Below are positions 1-14,101 of a DNA stretch of 64,000 bases, piece by piece. Position 1 is the stretch's first letter, and the number at the start of each line of letters is the position of its first letter. The stretch is from Octopus vulgaris (Eukaryota). The notes beneath the pieces are model-generated. The model ran no database searches, had not been told where the DNA came from, and saw nothing but the letters and a program-made list of their open reading frames with translations. Position numbers and translations under genes: made by a program. The DNA lies in the NCBI GenBank assembly GCA_951406725.2, contig OX597830.1, forward strand, positions 18,228,001-18,292,000, written 5' to 3'.

Positions 1-478
1 AAATAAGTCACCACTTGAAATAACCGGATAAACTGTACATGTACTTCTCATTTTAAATTCAAACTCAGTCACTAAAAATATCTCGATGCTCTGCGAGATA
101 ACTTGTTCTAAAGTTCCGTCTGGGCGGAAATTTGAGGTATATTCATCCGATTTGTTTAATTCACATAGACATGAGAATCATAGCACCAACCACGGGACGA
201 ATAGTGCATTTTCAGCGAATAAATACCTCGCATGGGTGAACTAAGCTTATGTTGCTGAAGTTCGTAGACGTCTATCCATTGTATGTGTGAGAGGGAGAGA
301 AAGCGTTTCATTGATGGTAGATGGAGTGTAGCTGCAATGATAGAATTGTGATATCTTTAGGAAATACATGAAAATCAAAACCTCCCATCTCCTCTACTAT
401 AATACTAGCTTTTGTATCATGTAGTAAGGAACTTATATTTGATGAAGAACAGTAAATAGTTATTTAAAATAAAAATAA

Positions 479-724
479 ATGCGCCCTTTTAAAGCCTAGC
501 CAGGCTCATGGCCCCGGTTTCCCAGTTTCCATGGCTTATGTGTTCCCCAGCTGGACGGGACGACAGTCCATCACAGCGTTACTCATTATTGCCACTTTTA
601 TCTGGAGCAACGAGAAATGAAGTGTTTTGTTCAAGAACACAACGTGTCGCCCGGTTCAGGAATTGAAACCACAATCTTACGATCATGATGCTGACACCCT
701 AACCACTAAGCCACGCGCCTCCAC
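479..724 (-). mobile_element. tRNA-derived SINE, F-type head/CORE-like body with C-type tail
   Basis: Minus strand reads GTGGAGGCGCGTGGCTTAGTGG (A box)...GGTTTCAATTCC (B box). The tail GATGGACTG..CCCGTCCAGCTGGGG...CCATGAGCCTGGCTAGGC is shared with 10973-11278. Confidence 0.8.
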
Positions 725-1174
725 AAATAGTTATTTTTACTAGAACAGAAATCAACTGTCACCGAATGAAAAAAAAAAAAATCTATTACTAATGTAAGGG
801 AGAGAATTCTTGCAATCGCAACTATCACTTTATTCGTTTCTTTCTTTATTTATTTTGTTAATTTAACAATTTTCCTTCAGTTTTCGATGCTGGCACACGA
901 GAGACGTTTTACCGACTTCCGTAATTGTATAATATATGTTGTGACTCCTATCGTTAGAAATGGAATCTCTGGAATCTATGAACTGAACGTCAAACTCGAC
1001 GACAGCTACAACTAAAGATAACCGTAGTTATCTCCCTTAGTATCTGGCGTCCAACGGAGGAGACTTTTACAGAGTCACTTTTTTTGCTAGAAATAACAGT
1101 TACATCCCCCTCTAATCATGCCTTAAAATAAAAGAAAACACATTGAATTAAGAAGTCCTAAATTAAGCTATGTC

Positions 1175-1539
1175 GGTACTACTTAAGAAGAGTGGTCCCA
1201 GTGCACGCACTCGCGCATCCGCGCTAGCTAGACGTGACTAGTCGATCCTTACTTTGTGTTTTTGTTTTATTTGCTTTACTCTTTTACTTGTTTCAGTCAT
1301 TTTGACTGCGGCCATGCTGGAGCACCACCTTTAATCGAGCAACTCAACCCCGGGACTTATTCTTTTGTAAACCCAGTACTTATTCTATCGGTCTCTTTTG
1401 TGTAAAAAAAAAGTATTTATTTTGTGTTTTATTTACTTTGCTAGGGTAGTCGTTGTAGGATCGACTAGTCACGACTAGCTAGCGCGGATGCACGAGTACG
1501 CGAGTGCGCGCATCGGGACCACTCTTTTTAAGTAGTACC
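1175..1539. mobile_element. MITE family E (GGTAC termini, long TIRs) with an internal SINE A tail fragment
   Basis: TIRs GGTACTACTTAAGAAGAGTGGTCCC / GGGACCACTCTTTTTAAGTAGTACC. Flanks AGCTATGTC / AACTATGTG match 7/9. Second copy at 37800-38103. SINE tail at about 1275-1400. Confidence 0.85.
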
Positions 1540-1715
1540 AACTATGTGTAAAAAAAAAAAAGAAAACGGATGATTCCAGCTGGAACACCTTTGATTATAG
1601 ATTTGCTCGATCTGGCGATAAACATTAGTATGCGTAGTGGTCACACCTTGTCGTGGAGCTTAGCACACTGGCTCGACTCAGAAGCTGAATTCTCAAACAT
1701 TCTACAATTCTAATA

Positions 1716-2513
<798 letters not shown>

Positions 2514-2765
2514 ATTCCATTCACTATTTCGACATTCGAGCCAACCACGGAGCCTCGAAGTAATTGCTATCTGCTAGAAATAGCAGTCAAATCTCCTTCA
2601 AACATCTATTTTCGTTAAGTTGAGTAAAAGAATATTTGTAATTCGAAAACATTTTAAGGCCCTACATGTTAAAACATGTGGCAACGGAAAATGGTCAGTG
2701 TCAAAAAAAGAAAAATTAAAATGAATTGATTGCCATGCATCTTATATGACGGTACTCTTTTCTTG

Positions 2766-3157
2766 GGATCTTTTTGGTTTGAACGGCAGTTTTTTAAAAT
2801 AATTTCCACGTAACTAAACACTTTTAAACTTCGTATACTGGTAGAATATTTTTATAAAACATCTTTTTCTCTTGGTTTTATTGAGAAAATTCTACAGTTT
2901 GTAAGATATTTGGGTTTTTTTCTTCAATTTCTGCAATTTCAACCAATCAATGACGTCTATTGAGGTGAAAATATTCTGTGCCGTATGAATATGTCCCCCG
3001 TTGAAGAAACAGATTGGGTTTATTTACATTTCTGAAGAAAAAAAGATACCCTTCCCCCTAACCCTAAAACAGATTGAAATGCAATAAATCGATACTAGGG
3101 TCATAATTATGGGTGACAATTTCATATGACACCGCTAGAAAAAACTGCCGGTCAAAC
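2766..3157 (+). mobile_element. MITE family D (GGATCTTTT termini, internal CCCTAA), right end clipped
   Basis: Near-identical to the complete copy at 35653-36067. Confidence 0.85.
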
Positions 3158-3811
3158 TTGTTTCTATTTATATTGTTCTTAAGGTTGCTGTTGTTAATGT
3201 TCCGTAGTTGATGGCCATTAAGATGCACCTTTTTCCGAATCAATATGTCCAAAAATCATTCCAAGTCCTATATGCGTGATTGCTTTAGATATTGGATTCA
3301 TATTTTACACACAAGGCTAGCAATTTAAAGGGAGCAGTAAGTCGATTACATCGACTCCGGTAATCAACTGGTACTTATTTTATCGACCTCGAAATGATGA
3401 AAAATGTGTCCTTGTCTCAGTGATGGAGATAGATACTTTTGTAATTTTAAAGGAACAGACTTGTGACAACTATAAATATAACATATAAAGCCTTCTTATT
3501 TCTTTATTGCCCAGAAGGGGCTAAAAATAGAGGGGACAAACAAGGACAGACAAACGGATTAAGTTGATTACATCGACCCCAGTACGCAACTGGTACTTAA
3601 TTTATCGTCGGATTAGGTCATGACATTACAAAGACAGAATTATTACAAATAAAGTTGCTGCATGATAAGAAGCTTGCTTCCCAATATGTGGCCCTGTGTT
3701 CGGTCTCACGGCGTGGCACCTTGGGTAAGAGTCTTACTATGGCCTCGGGCTGATTAAGGCTTTGTGAGTTGATTTGATCGCCGATTTGGTTGATGAAAAC
3801 TGAAATAAGCC

Positions 3812-3867
<56 letters not shown>

Positions 3868-3902
3868 GTAAATGTAATATGTGGAAATTATTCGGTAGCC
3901 AT

Positions 3903-3963
3903 GATAAAACTCCGAGTTTCAGATGTCGGGGTGGAAATCCACGCTGCCATCTCTTCAGTTATC
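3903..3963 (-). ncRNA. Type I hammerhead ribozyme (inverted copy)
   Basis: Minus strand reads GATAA CTGAAGA GATG...CATCT GAAA CTCGGAG TT TTATC. Confidence 0.7.
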
Positions 3964-4196
3964 CGGCCATCGGAAAACATGCTAAATAAGGTCTGTAATT
4001 TTCTCCCAACGTTTCTTAGAGTATAGTTCCCTTGATTGTATATGTATGTTTTTCATAGAATAATCGATGTAGTATGCGTCCATATTGAATTCTTCTGCGG
4101 GGCAGAGTCCTTAACCGATGTCTGGCGATTTTCCAAAAATAAGCTGCATTAGCCCTTAGGGAAAAATAGTGGTGTACACATTTTTTCCGATGGCCG

Positions 4197-4257
4197 GATA
4201 ACTGAAGAGATAGCGGCGTGGATTTCCACCGCGGCATCCGAAACTCGGAGTTTTATC
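4197..4257 (+). ncRNA. Type I hammerhead ribozyme
   Basis: Stem I GATAA/TTATC; core CTGAAGA at 4202-4208; stem II 4209-4239; GAAA at 4240-4243; near-palindromic stem III ACTCGGAGT; GUU site at 4250-4252. Confidence 0.8.
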
Positions 4258-6137
4258 ATGGCTACCGAATAATTGTCACATATTACATTTACAGATAAAT
4301 TCTTCTATTTACATAATATCGAGGTCTCTTTCATTCTTTTGTTGTCTTACCATTTTTATCAATCAATCAAGATATATATATATATATATATATTACTGCC
4401 CACAAGGGGCTAAACATAGAGGGGACAAACAAGTACAGACAAAGGGATTAAGTCGATTACATCGACCCCGGTGCGAAACTGGTACTTTATTTATCGACCC
4501 CGAAAGGATGAGAGGCAAAGTCGACCTCGGCGGAATTTGAACTCAGAACGTAACGACAGACGAAATACGGCTACGCATACGTGTGTGTGTGTGTGTGAAC
4601 ATAAAAACAAAGTAGAGTAATCGATTGGACCCCGAAGACAATCTAAATTGTTCTGAAATCAAAATGTCCCAATTTTGATGTAACTGTAACAAAAATGAAA
4701 CATCATTTCTCCAAAACCTGAAGTGAAAAGAATTTCTAGAAAAATCCTTTTGTTTCATAATGAGGATATTAATTTATTTTATCACATTTGTTTTATATTT
4801 TTTATGTTTATAACTGTATTCTCCATATAAATAGATGCAATAAACCTTTTGAATTCAAAGAATCTGATTTTCTTCAAATCAAGGGGGTAACGTTGGCGTA
4901 GATAAATATGTAACGGATGAAGATTAATTATTGTAGTCACCAATTGTAACGGTTAAGATTAATTAGGTACACAATAATATGAAATGTCGGAGTTTGCAGT
5001 TTTAACGATGGCAATTGGTGAAAAAAAAGTTCCCTGGCCCCTGGTCTTGTGACTGAAACAAATAAAGTGATCAAAGAAGTTAAAAAGACATCTTTAAGCG
5101 TGCGATGCTTGCCGAGAACATCCAAGATATACGCACCGAAATAACAGACTCGGGCAATCGGTAGACAAAATATCAAGCATTTTAAGTTCAAATTTTGTTG
5201 GAGTCTATTTTGCCTTTCGTCCTTTATTGGCCAATGAAATAAAGTATCATTCAATTAATAAGCTATATAGTAAAAAAATTAGTGTCAATGTATAAGACCG
5301 CCCTCGACTAAATGGCTTGCAAATTTTATTTAATGCCTCTTTAGATTCTGAGTTCAAATCTCACCGAAATCAATTTATATTTTTGAATCGATAAAATAAA
5401 GTACCTATCAAGATTAAATCAAATGAACCTCTTAATCCGCGGCTCACGCTGGGAAATAGTATTTTAATCACAATTTGGAAGGGAGACAACTCTGAACATG
5501 TTTTATTGTGCTAAAATCATATGAGAAGCAGAAGCTGTTCATTTATATATTTTTTTTTTTTCTGATCTAGGCACAGGACCCGAAATTTTGAGGGAGGGGA
5601 CCAGTCGATTAGATCGACCTCAGTACGCAACTGATACTTATTTAATCGACCCTGAAAAGATAAAAGGCAAAGTCGAAATTTGAACTCAGAACGTAGCAGC
5701 AAACGAAATACTGCTAAGCATTTCTCCCGGCGTGCTAACGATTCTGCCAGCTCAGTGTATGAAATACCGAAGTCGTGCGAGATTTGTTTTCCTTTTTGTT
5801 TTTTGTTTTAATTAAAATAAGAATGAAACCTCGACTCTACAAGAAGGTCTCTATGCGAACGTTTGACATGCCAAAAATGGTAGACAAATCGCTCGCAAAT
5901 CGCACTAAACTATCTTTTAAAAAGCGGACAAATTAGATGATGTAATCCTAGATTCACTGTGTATGAGAAAAAATATTGCGCTGTGAAGTAGTCAAAGATG
6001 AAATGCCTTTGATAAAAATCATGCTCGATCGAGGCAGGCCCGGGGCTAAAGAACAACACAGAGAATGAAACCTATCCAAAGTTGTTTCCCATATTCACTG
6101 AGGTCTAAACAGGAACAGTCACTTAAATTAATCTTCC

Positions 6138-6339
6138 TTTTACTTGTTTCAGTCATTTGACTGTGGCCATGCTGGAGATCCGCCTGTAGTCGAGCAAACC
6201 GATCCCAGGACTTATTCTTTGTAAGCTTAGTACTTATTCTATCGGTCCCTTTTGCCGAACCGCTAAGTTACGGGGACATAAACACACCAGCATCGGTTGT
6301 CAAGCGATGTTGGGGGGACAAACACAAACACACAAACAT

Positions 6340-6374
<35 letters not shown>

Positions 6375-6538
6375 CGACAGGCTTCTTTCAGTTTCCGTCT
6401 ACCAAATCGACTCACAAAGCTTTGATCGGCCTGAGGCTATAGTAGAAGGCACTTGCCCAAGGTGCCATGCAGTGGGACGGAACCCGGAACCATATGGTTG
6501 GTAAGCAAGCTACTTACCATACAACCACTCCTACGCCT
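6138..6538 (-). mobile_element. SINE family A, full length
   Basis: Reverse complement of the family A head, (TA/CA)n middle and tail. Confidence 0.85.
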
Positions 6539-7482
6539 ACGATCTTCAGATTTGATTGAGATTTATATTGTGGACATGGGAAAGATGAAAGACAATATCA
6601 CAGCAGGCGTGAGTTGAAGTTAGAACTTGATAAAAATACTGGAGACTGACCAATATTGTTTTATTCTTGTTAGGAATAGTGGAGGCTGGAAATCAATGAA
6701 GTAACTTAAAAATCTGTCTCTTAGTGAGTGACCATGACCTAATAGTATGTACCATACTTTCACTCATTGTTTCAGGTGTAGTGATGGTGCATGGCTTAGT
6801 GGTTAGGGTATTTGGCTTGCGATTGCAAGGTCATGAGTTCGGTTTTTGGCAGTGCCTTGTGTCCTTCAGCAAGGCACTTTATTTCATGCATTGCTTCAGT
6901 CTACTCAGCTGACAAAAATGAGTTGTACCTGTATTTCAAAGGGCCAGCTGTGTCATGCTGAATCTCCCTGAGAACTATGTTAAGGGTAAGTGTGTCTTGA
7001 CCCAAGAGAATATTCAGGATGACAGTTAGAGAGAGGTCTGAACCAGCACTTGTCATATTTCAAATACGTTTTGAAACATGACAGACTACACTGAGGATTT
7101 ACAGATACTGCATTTTGCATTTTGTAAGTATTAATAATGAAATCATGATACGAAGGTAATCGTTTTATTTTGTAAATTTTCATTTGCTTTACTTATTTTT
7201 TACATTTTGGCATTTACTTGATTTTTTGTTGAGAACACTCTTTTTGTGGTAAGGCAATTTGATTTCTATTTCTAGTGTATAGAATTCCACTTTAGTGGTC
7301 ATTCCTCTTATTAATTGTAATTTCTAAATCTTTGGATTCTTTTGAATATGCTAGACCACTGGTTTAAATTGATGTTAATTGATTGATATCAAATTCTACC
7401 CTCAGTATTTTAACATATATATATATATGTATGTATGTATATGTATATATGTATGTATGTGTAGTTTAGGACAATCAGTAAG

Positions 7483-7557
7483 TTGTCATAATAGGACTCA
7501 GAGTTTCAAATGCCGGAGCTAAGAGCTACGATGCATTCTCATTGGCTATTATGACAA
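7483..7557 (-). ncRNA. Type I hammerhead ribozyme with mutated core
   Basis: Minus strand reads TGTCATAATAG CCAATGA GAATGC...GCATTT GAAA CTCTGAG TC CTATTATGACA. Stem I is 11 bp and the site is GUC, but the core reads CCAAUGA. Confidence 0.65.
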
Positions 7558-7588
7558 TACACAATATAATATGATATAATATAATATA

Positions 7589-7639
<51 letters not shown>

Positions 7640-7656
7640 ATAGATAGATATGTAGA

Positions 7657-7789
<133 letters not shown>

Positions 7790-8050
7790 CTATGTGTGTG
7801 TGTGTGTGTATTTATAGACAGACTGGCAGATGTGTAATACAAAATAGTAAGCATTTTCTAGAAAAAAATCTGTCAGGGATTTCATCATTTCTGTTCAAAT
7901 CTCATTTTACCAAACTGGAATCATAATTCTTTAACCATATAGACCGTTAAATATGTGGAAACCTAGCCTAGGGAGTGGTGCCTGTGGCTAAATTCTACAG
8001 TAAAGGAAAAAAAAAGCAAAGCCAAGATACACAGAAACACACACACACAG

Positions 8051-8089
<39 letters not shown>

Positions 8090-8510
8090 AACATACACAC
8101 ACATATGCATAAACATACACACACATATGCATAAACATACACACACATATGCATAAACATACACACACATATGCATAAACATACACACACATACATAAAC
8201 ATACATACACACACACACACATACACTTATTGCATTACCATTCTTCTGTGGCAGGCAAGCTGAAGAGAATGTTAGATGCTGTGTCCCTAAAAATTTTCTG
8301 CCAAAATCAGCAGCAACCTTCTGAAATGTGTCAAATTTCACCCCCATGCCCCTATCACTTCACCCCCCACCTCCTCCCCACTTCCACCTTCAGGCCTTCC
8401 TCTTCTGTTCTAGACCCCCCTCCTCCTCCTCCTCCTCCTCCTTCTCCTACCTCTTCTCTGCCCCCATCTCTCATGACTTTACTTCTCTTCATCCTTACAC
8501 TCCCACTTCT

Positions 8511-8541
<31 letters not shown>

Positions 8542-8725
8542 CCATCTCTTCGCCCCACCCCTACCCCCTTACCTCAGCCACCACATACCCTCACCAGGTC
8601 TATTGGCACCCTTGTTTCTCTCCCAATACTGCACTGGGTTCCCCCTGAGAAGCTGATATTACCTACCATAAATGTGTGTGTGTGTGTGTGTGTATATATA
8701 TGTATGTATGATTGCATATATACAT

Positions 8726-8783
<58 letters not shown>

Positions 8784-9294
8784 GTATATGTATGTATGTA
8801 TTCATGTGTGCGTATGTGTGCCCGTGTGTATGTATGTGTTCATATACACAGAAACACACACACACATATATTTATATATATATATACATAGATACATGCA
8901 TATATATATATGCATGTGTGTGTGTGTGTGTAAATAAATCTTTCCTCACATAAAGCTGGCTTTTATTTAAAACATTTCACATAGAATGGCCTTCCACCAC
9001 CAACACCACCACCACCACTGCCACCATCGCTACCACAGACTCATCACCTCCCACCCGTATCACCAAACACTCTCTAAATCTTTTCTTTTTCTGTGTTTTC
9101 TTGTTTTTCTTGATTTTTTTAATGGTTTTTTTTTTTTGTTTTCGTAGCATTGCTGTTGTTTTTCTTTTTTGTTATTTAAATGAAGATTACTGAGTTTAAA
9201 AGTTTCATTCATTTGTGCAGTTTTATTGTCGGTGCCATCGCTAATTGCCCACAGGTCAGCCCTGTGTAGTTTCACCATTCCATCTTTTTGAACA

Positions 9295-10265
9295 GAATTA
9301 GATGCAGTCTGCAAGAGAGAAGACTGCGCTGGTTTGGTCATGTGATGAGGATGGATGCCAAAAGAAGTGCCATTCACTCGAAGTGGATGGAACTTGTGGA
9401 AGAGAGAGACTCAGGCAGACCTGGGACAATGTACTGAAAGGGAACCTCATAATGCTGAACCTTTCAGGCAAGGTGACAAAGGGCCAAAATAAATGGCACC
9501 TTATTTCTTTATTGCCCACAAGGGGTTAAACATAGAGGGGACAAACAAGGACAGACAAACGGATTAAGTTGATTACATCAACTCCAGTGCGTAACTGGTA
9601 CTTATTTAATCGACCCCGAAAGGATGAAAGGCAAAGTCAACCTCAGTGGAATTTGAACTCAGAACGTAGCGGCAGATGAAATACCTATTTCTTTACTACC
9701 CACAAGGGGCTAAACACAGAGAGGACAAACAAGGACAGACAAACGGATTAAGTTGATTATATCGACCCCAGTGTGTAACTGGTACTTATTTAATCGACCC
9801 CGAAAGGATGAAAGGCAAAGTTGACCTCGGTGGAATTTGAACTCAGAACGTAGCGGCAGACGAAATGCCACTAAGCATTTCGCCCGGTGCGCTAACGTTT
9901 CTGCCAGCTTGCTGCTTTGCTGTACTGGCACCTTGGTGTACTCAAGAAGACTTTTCTTCCACAGTAGAAGTGCTAAAGCCACATCCTCTGGTGAAGAGGA
10001 TTGACCTGCAAGAGTTCTATGCTGATGCCATATAAAAAGCATTCATGCTGGTCCCACATAAAAGAGCTTGTTTTGGTGCCATGTTAAAAGCAGCCAGAAC
10101 ACACCATAAAGTGGTTGGTGTGAGGAAGGGTATATACAGCCATAGCCATTGAAGCCAAGCCAAATCAAACTGGAACCTGATGCAGATCTCTGGCTTGCCA
10201 GATCTGGTCAAACCATCTAACGCATGCCAGCAGGGAAAATGGACATTACATGATGATGATGATGA
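9295..10265 (+). mobile_element. RTE-clade LINE 3' remnant (C-terminal ORF plus 3' UTR) interrupted by a SINE B dimer at 9500-9912
   Basis: Peptide KKCHSLEVDGTCGRERLRQTWDNV resembles the RTE C-terminal GxRxRGRPRxxW region. The tail ends in (GAT)n and recurs at 15906-16105, 30040-30225 and 59170-59548. Confidence 0.75.
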
Positions 10266-10631
10266 AGAAGAACACTATCTAGGACTCTGATAACCAGTAT
10301 AGGTTATAATTTAAGAGAGATTTAGCTAATACTTCTATCAAATCAAGCAGACAAGTAATAGAACAAAATTGGTAGAGCTGCATGAGACAAAATGCTTTGA
10401 GGTTATATATCTTGTCATACTGCTTTCAAATCCTGCCAAGGTCAACTTTAATTTCCATCACTCCAGAGGGCAGGAAGAGTTTATGGTTGCAAAGCATGGA
10501 CTCTGAACAAAATGGAGAACATAATACATGTTACTTTATGACTGTGATATCTTCTCCACATGCTTATCGATGTGATATCTCTTTAACATGTCTTGCTTGT
10601 TGTGATATCTCTTCAGTGTGTACCTTAATGC

Positions 10632-10837
10632 TTTTTACCTCAATAGACGTCACTGATTGGTTGAAATTGCAGAAATTGAAGAAAAACAACAACAAATATC
10701 TTACAAACTATAGAATTTTCTCAATAAAGCCAAGAGAAAAAGATGTTTTATAAACACATTCTACCGGTATACGAAATTTAATATTTTTAGTTACCTAGAA
10801 ATTATGTTAAAAACTGCTGTTCAAACCGAAAAGATCC
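10632..10837 (-). mobile_element. MITE family D fragment
   Basis: Ends in AAAACTGCTGTTCAAACCGAAAAGATCC. Confidence 0.8.
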
Positions 10838-10972
10838 TAGGACTTTCACTTTGTATGAAGGATGGTCCATAATGGACCTGACATAGTTCAAGACGAGTTT
10901 AATGTTTTGTTTTTATTTCACTGTTGTTGTTTCCTAAGTCCGGGCAAATATGGTAGTCGTGATGTCTCTTAG

Positions 10973-11278
10973 TAGAGGCTCTATGGCCCAGTGGTTAGGG
11001 CAGTGGACTCGCGGTCGAAGGATCGCGGTTTCGATTCCAAGACTGGACGTTGTGTGAGTTTATTGAGAAAAAACACCTGAAGTTCCACAAGGCTCCGGCA
11101 GGGGGTGCTGGTGACCCCTGTTGTACTCTTTCACCCCAACTTTCTCTTACTCTTTCTTCCTGTTTCTTGAGTAACGCTGCGATGTACTGGTGTCCCATCC
11201 AGCTGGGGGGGGACACATACGCCATGGAAACCGGGAAACTGGGCCCATGAGCCTGGCTAGGCTTGAAAAGGGTGCATG
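10973..11278 (+). mobile_element. tRNA-derived SINE family C
   Basis: A box TGGCCCAGTGG and B box GGTTTCGATTCC. Other copies at 23160-23467 (-) and 28605-28765 (+). Confidence 0.85.
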
Positions 11279-12036
11279 TTGTGGCTGTTGCAGAGGAGTT
11301 GTATATTATTCCTAGTATACTTTGTCTTCCCTGAGTGCAGGGCCAGATTAAGACCCATAGAGACCCTAAGCGCATAAAAGATTTTGGTACCCTCATATTT
11401 ATGTAATTCAAAATATAAACAATAATAAATCATAAAATAAAATATAAACAATAAAAATAATAAAACAATAAAATATAAACAATAATAAACCATCAAATAA
11501 AAATAAAAATAAGAAAAAAGTGGAAATTTTACCGGTGATTGTGTTAAATAATAAGGTACAAAAAGAAAATGACTCTTCCCAGACACAACCAAATTTTTAG
11601 TCTTCAAGCAGAAAATAATGTTTATTTTTGTATACTTTCACTTAATTTATATTTGAAAAATTTCCTCCTACTTTTCTTAATTACAAAGTCTTTGGTCAGA
11701 TCCTCACTATGATTCCATGAACACTTTGGAATTATATTTCCAATCATATAAACCACTTTGAATATTATTTTAGTAAGTTTAAAGTGATTTCTTTTGTGTT
11801 GTAAACTATTTACCTTTTTGTCATACCCCCACCCTTTCCCTTAATACTCTGTAAAGGGTAAAGACCCCTTTCAGTTATAAATGATCATGGGATTGCGCCT
11901 AGAAAGTTCATCTCTGAGGCACAAGTCTGGGCATGGTTGTTTATGGAAGATCAGCAGTCACCCATGCATACCAGTCTCCCCTCTCTCCATGCCACTGGTG
12001 TTATCCAAGGGAAAGGCAAAGACCAATACAGCTTGG

Positions 12037-12339
12037 TGGAGGCACATGGCCTAGTGGTTAGAGCAGCGGACTCGTGTTCGAGGGATCGCGGGTTCGAATC
12101 TCAGACTGAGCGATGTGTGTGTTTATAAGCGAAACACCTAAGCTCTATGCGGCTCTGGCAGAATGTAATGGCGAACTTCTGCTGACTCTTTCGCCACAAC
12201 TTTCTCTCACTCTTTCCTCATGCATCTTGCAGCTCACCTGCGATGGACTGGCATCCCGTCTAGGTGGGGAACCTATACACCAAGAAACCGGGAAACCGGC
12301 CCTTATGAGCGCAGCATGGCTCGAGAAGGAACAAAACAA
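12037..12339 (+). mobile_element. SINE (C-related variant) nested in an older minus-strand SINE spanning about 11850-12500
   Basis: 12 bp TSD AATACAGCTTGG at 12025-12036 and 12340-12351; B box GGTTCGAATC. Confidence 0.85.
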
Positions 12340-12542
12340 AATACAGCTTGGCACCAGTGATGTCGCAACTCATTTCTACAGCTGAGCGAACTGGAGAAAT
12401 GTGAAATAAAGTGTCTTGCTCAAGAACACAACACATAGCCCAATCCAGGAATTGAACTCACTACTTCATGGCTGTGAGCCCGACACTCTAACCACTGAGC
12501 CCTAAGTACACATTTAATTTATTTAACAGTTAATCCACCATT

Positions 12543-12701
12543 TTACTCTTTTACTTCTTTCAGTCATTTGACTGTGGCCATGCTGGAGCACCACCTTTAG
12601 TTGAACCGCTAAGTTACGGGGAATTAAACACACCAGCATTGGTTGTCAAGCGATGTTGGGGGGACAAGCACAGACACACAAATATACACACACATACATA
12701 C

Positions 12702-12773
<72 letters not shown>

Positions 12774-12942
12774 TACGTATATATGACGAGCTTCTTTCAG
12801 TTTCCGTCTACCAAATCCACTCACAAGGCTTTGGTCGGCCCGAGGCTATAGTAGAAGACACTTGCCCAAGGTGCCACGCAGTGGGAAGGAACCTGGAACT
12901 ATGTGTTTCGTAAGCAAGCTACTTACCACACAGCCACTCCTA
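12543..12942 (-). mobile_element. SINE family A
   Basis: Family A sequence, with an internal deletion in the tail. Confidence 0.85.
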
Positions 12943-12974
12943 GGCCATGTGTGTGTGTGTATTTGTTATATTAG

Positions 12975-13300
12975 TTATGCTCGTTGTAGAGTGTTATGGT
13001 TGTTTGTATTTGATGCTCTCTGATAATATAGCTGGGTAAGAAGCGATAGAGTAGATTTGTTAGGGGATACTTGAAGTTTGTTGTTATGGAGCCAAGATTC
13101 TAGGTGACTTAAGTAGGGCTGGAGTGATTGTGCAGCTGTGCCTGGAGAATGGTGTGAGAGCATGCGAGTTGTGATGTCATCTGTCTCTGAGGATGTCTGT
13201 GTGTTTTATGGAGGTGTGGGAAAATTGTTCTGGGTATAGAATGAGAAGAGTGGGTGAGAGAAAGATCTGGCAAAACCTTTACGTGGTCGTGGAACCTGCA
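12975..13300 (-). pseudogene. Decayed non-LTR retrotransposon reverse transcriptase fragment
   Basis: Minus strand encodes ETDDITT (degenerate YADD), then after a frameshift AAQSLQPYLSHLESWLHNNKLQVSPNKSTL, typical of RT subdomains 5-7. Confidence 0.7.
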
Positions 13301-13568
13301 AGAAACTACAGTCAAATCTTTCTCAAATACTACCCTACTGCCTTAAAAGCAATGGCCCAACAGACAACATTGTCTGTTTATTGTTCAGATATCTTCTCAA
13401 ACCTCGGCTTTGTTATTTATTGGTGTCATAGATATTTCTATGGTTGTTGTTGTTGTTGTTGTTACTGTGATATCACCTTCAGTTTATTGTTTGTTGTTGT
13501 TGGGATATCTTCTTGTGATAATATCATCAACATGTGTTCACTTCAGGTCAGATATCTCTTTATTATAT

Positions 13569-13603
<35 letters not shown>

Positions 13604-13632
13604 GACAAACCCAAGCCTAAATCTAACAGCAG

Positions 13633-13727
<95 letters not shown>

Positions 13728-14101
13728 TAAGAAGTAATTCAATGACTGGCAGCAAAACAGTGATGGTTGTGGTGGTGGTGGTGGTGGTCGTCGTCGTCAC
13801 CCTCCTCCTCCTGGCAATGGTGAGATTCAGGTGGTGGTGGTGGTGGTGGTGGTGGAGGTGGTGGTTATGTGTGTGTGATGTGATTATGGGTAGAGAAATA
13901 GAATTTCAGTAAACCAGATTATTTTGCTTACTCTTTTACTTTTTGACTGTGGCCATGCTGGATCATCACCCTTTAGTCGAAGTAATCGACCCTTGGACTT
14001 ATTCTTTGGAAGTCTGGTACTTATTATTCTATCAGTTGTCATCGGTTGTCAAGCAATGGTGAGAGAACAAACACAGACACAAACACAAATATATACATAT
14101 A

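Larger units (their letters stand above)
3862..4298. mobile_element. Penelope-like inverted pLTR remnant inserted in (TA)n
   Basis: About 115 bp inverted arms (3862-3976 / 4184-4298), each containing a hammerhead motif; (TA)n lies on both sides. Confidence 0.7.

Noticed and set aside
2826-2838. AAACTTCGTATA resembles a loxP arm (ATAACTTCGTATA) and recurs many times
   Set aside because: It is the subterminal motif of MITE family D and never appears as two arms around an 8 bp spacer.
10973-11045. tRNA-like sequences with A and B boxes
   Set aside because: These are SINE heads that run on into SINE bodies, without a convincing acceptor stem.
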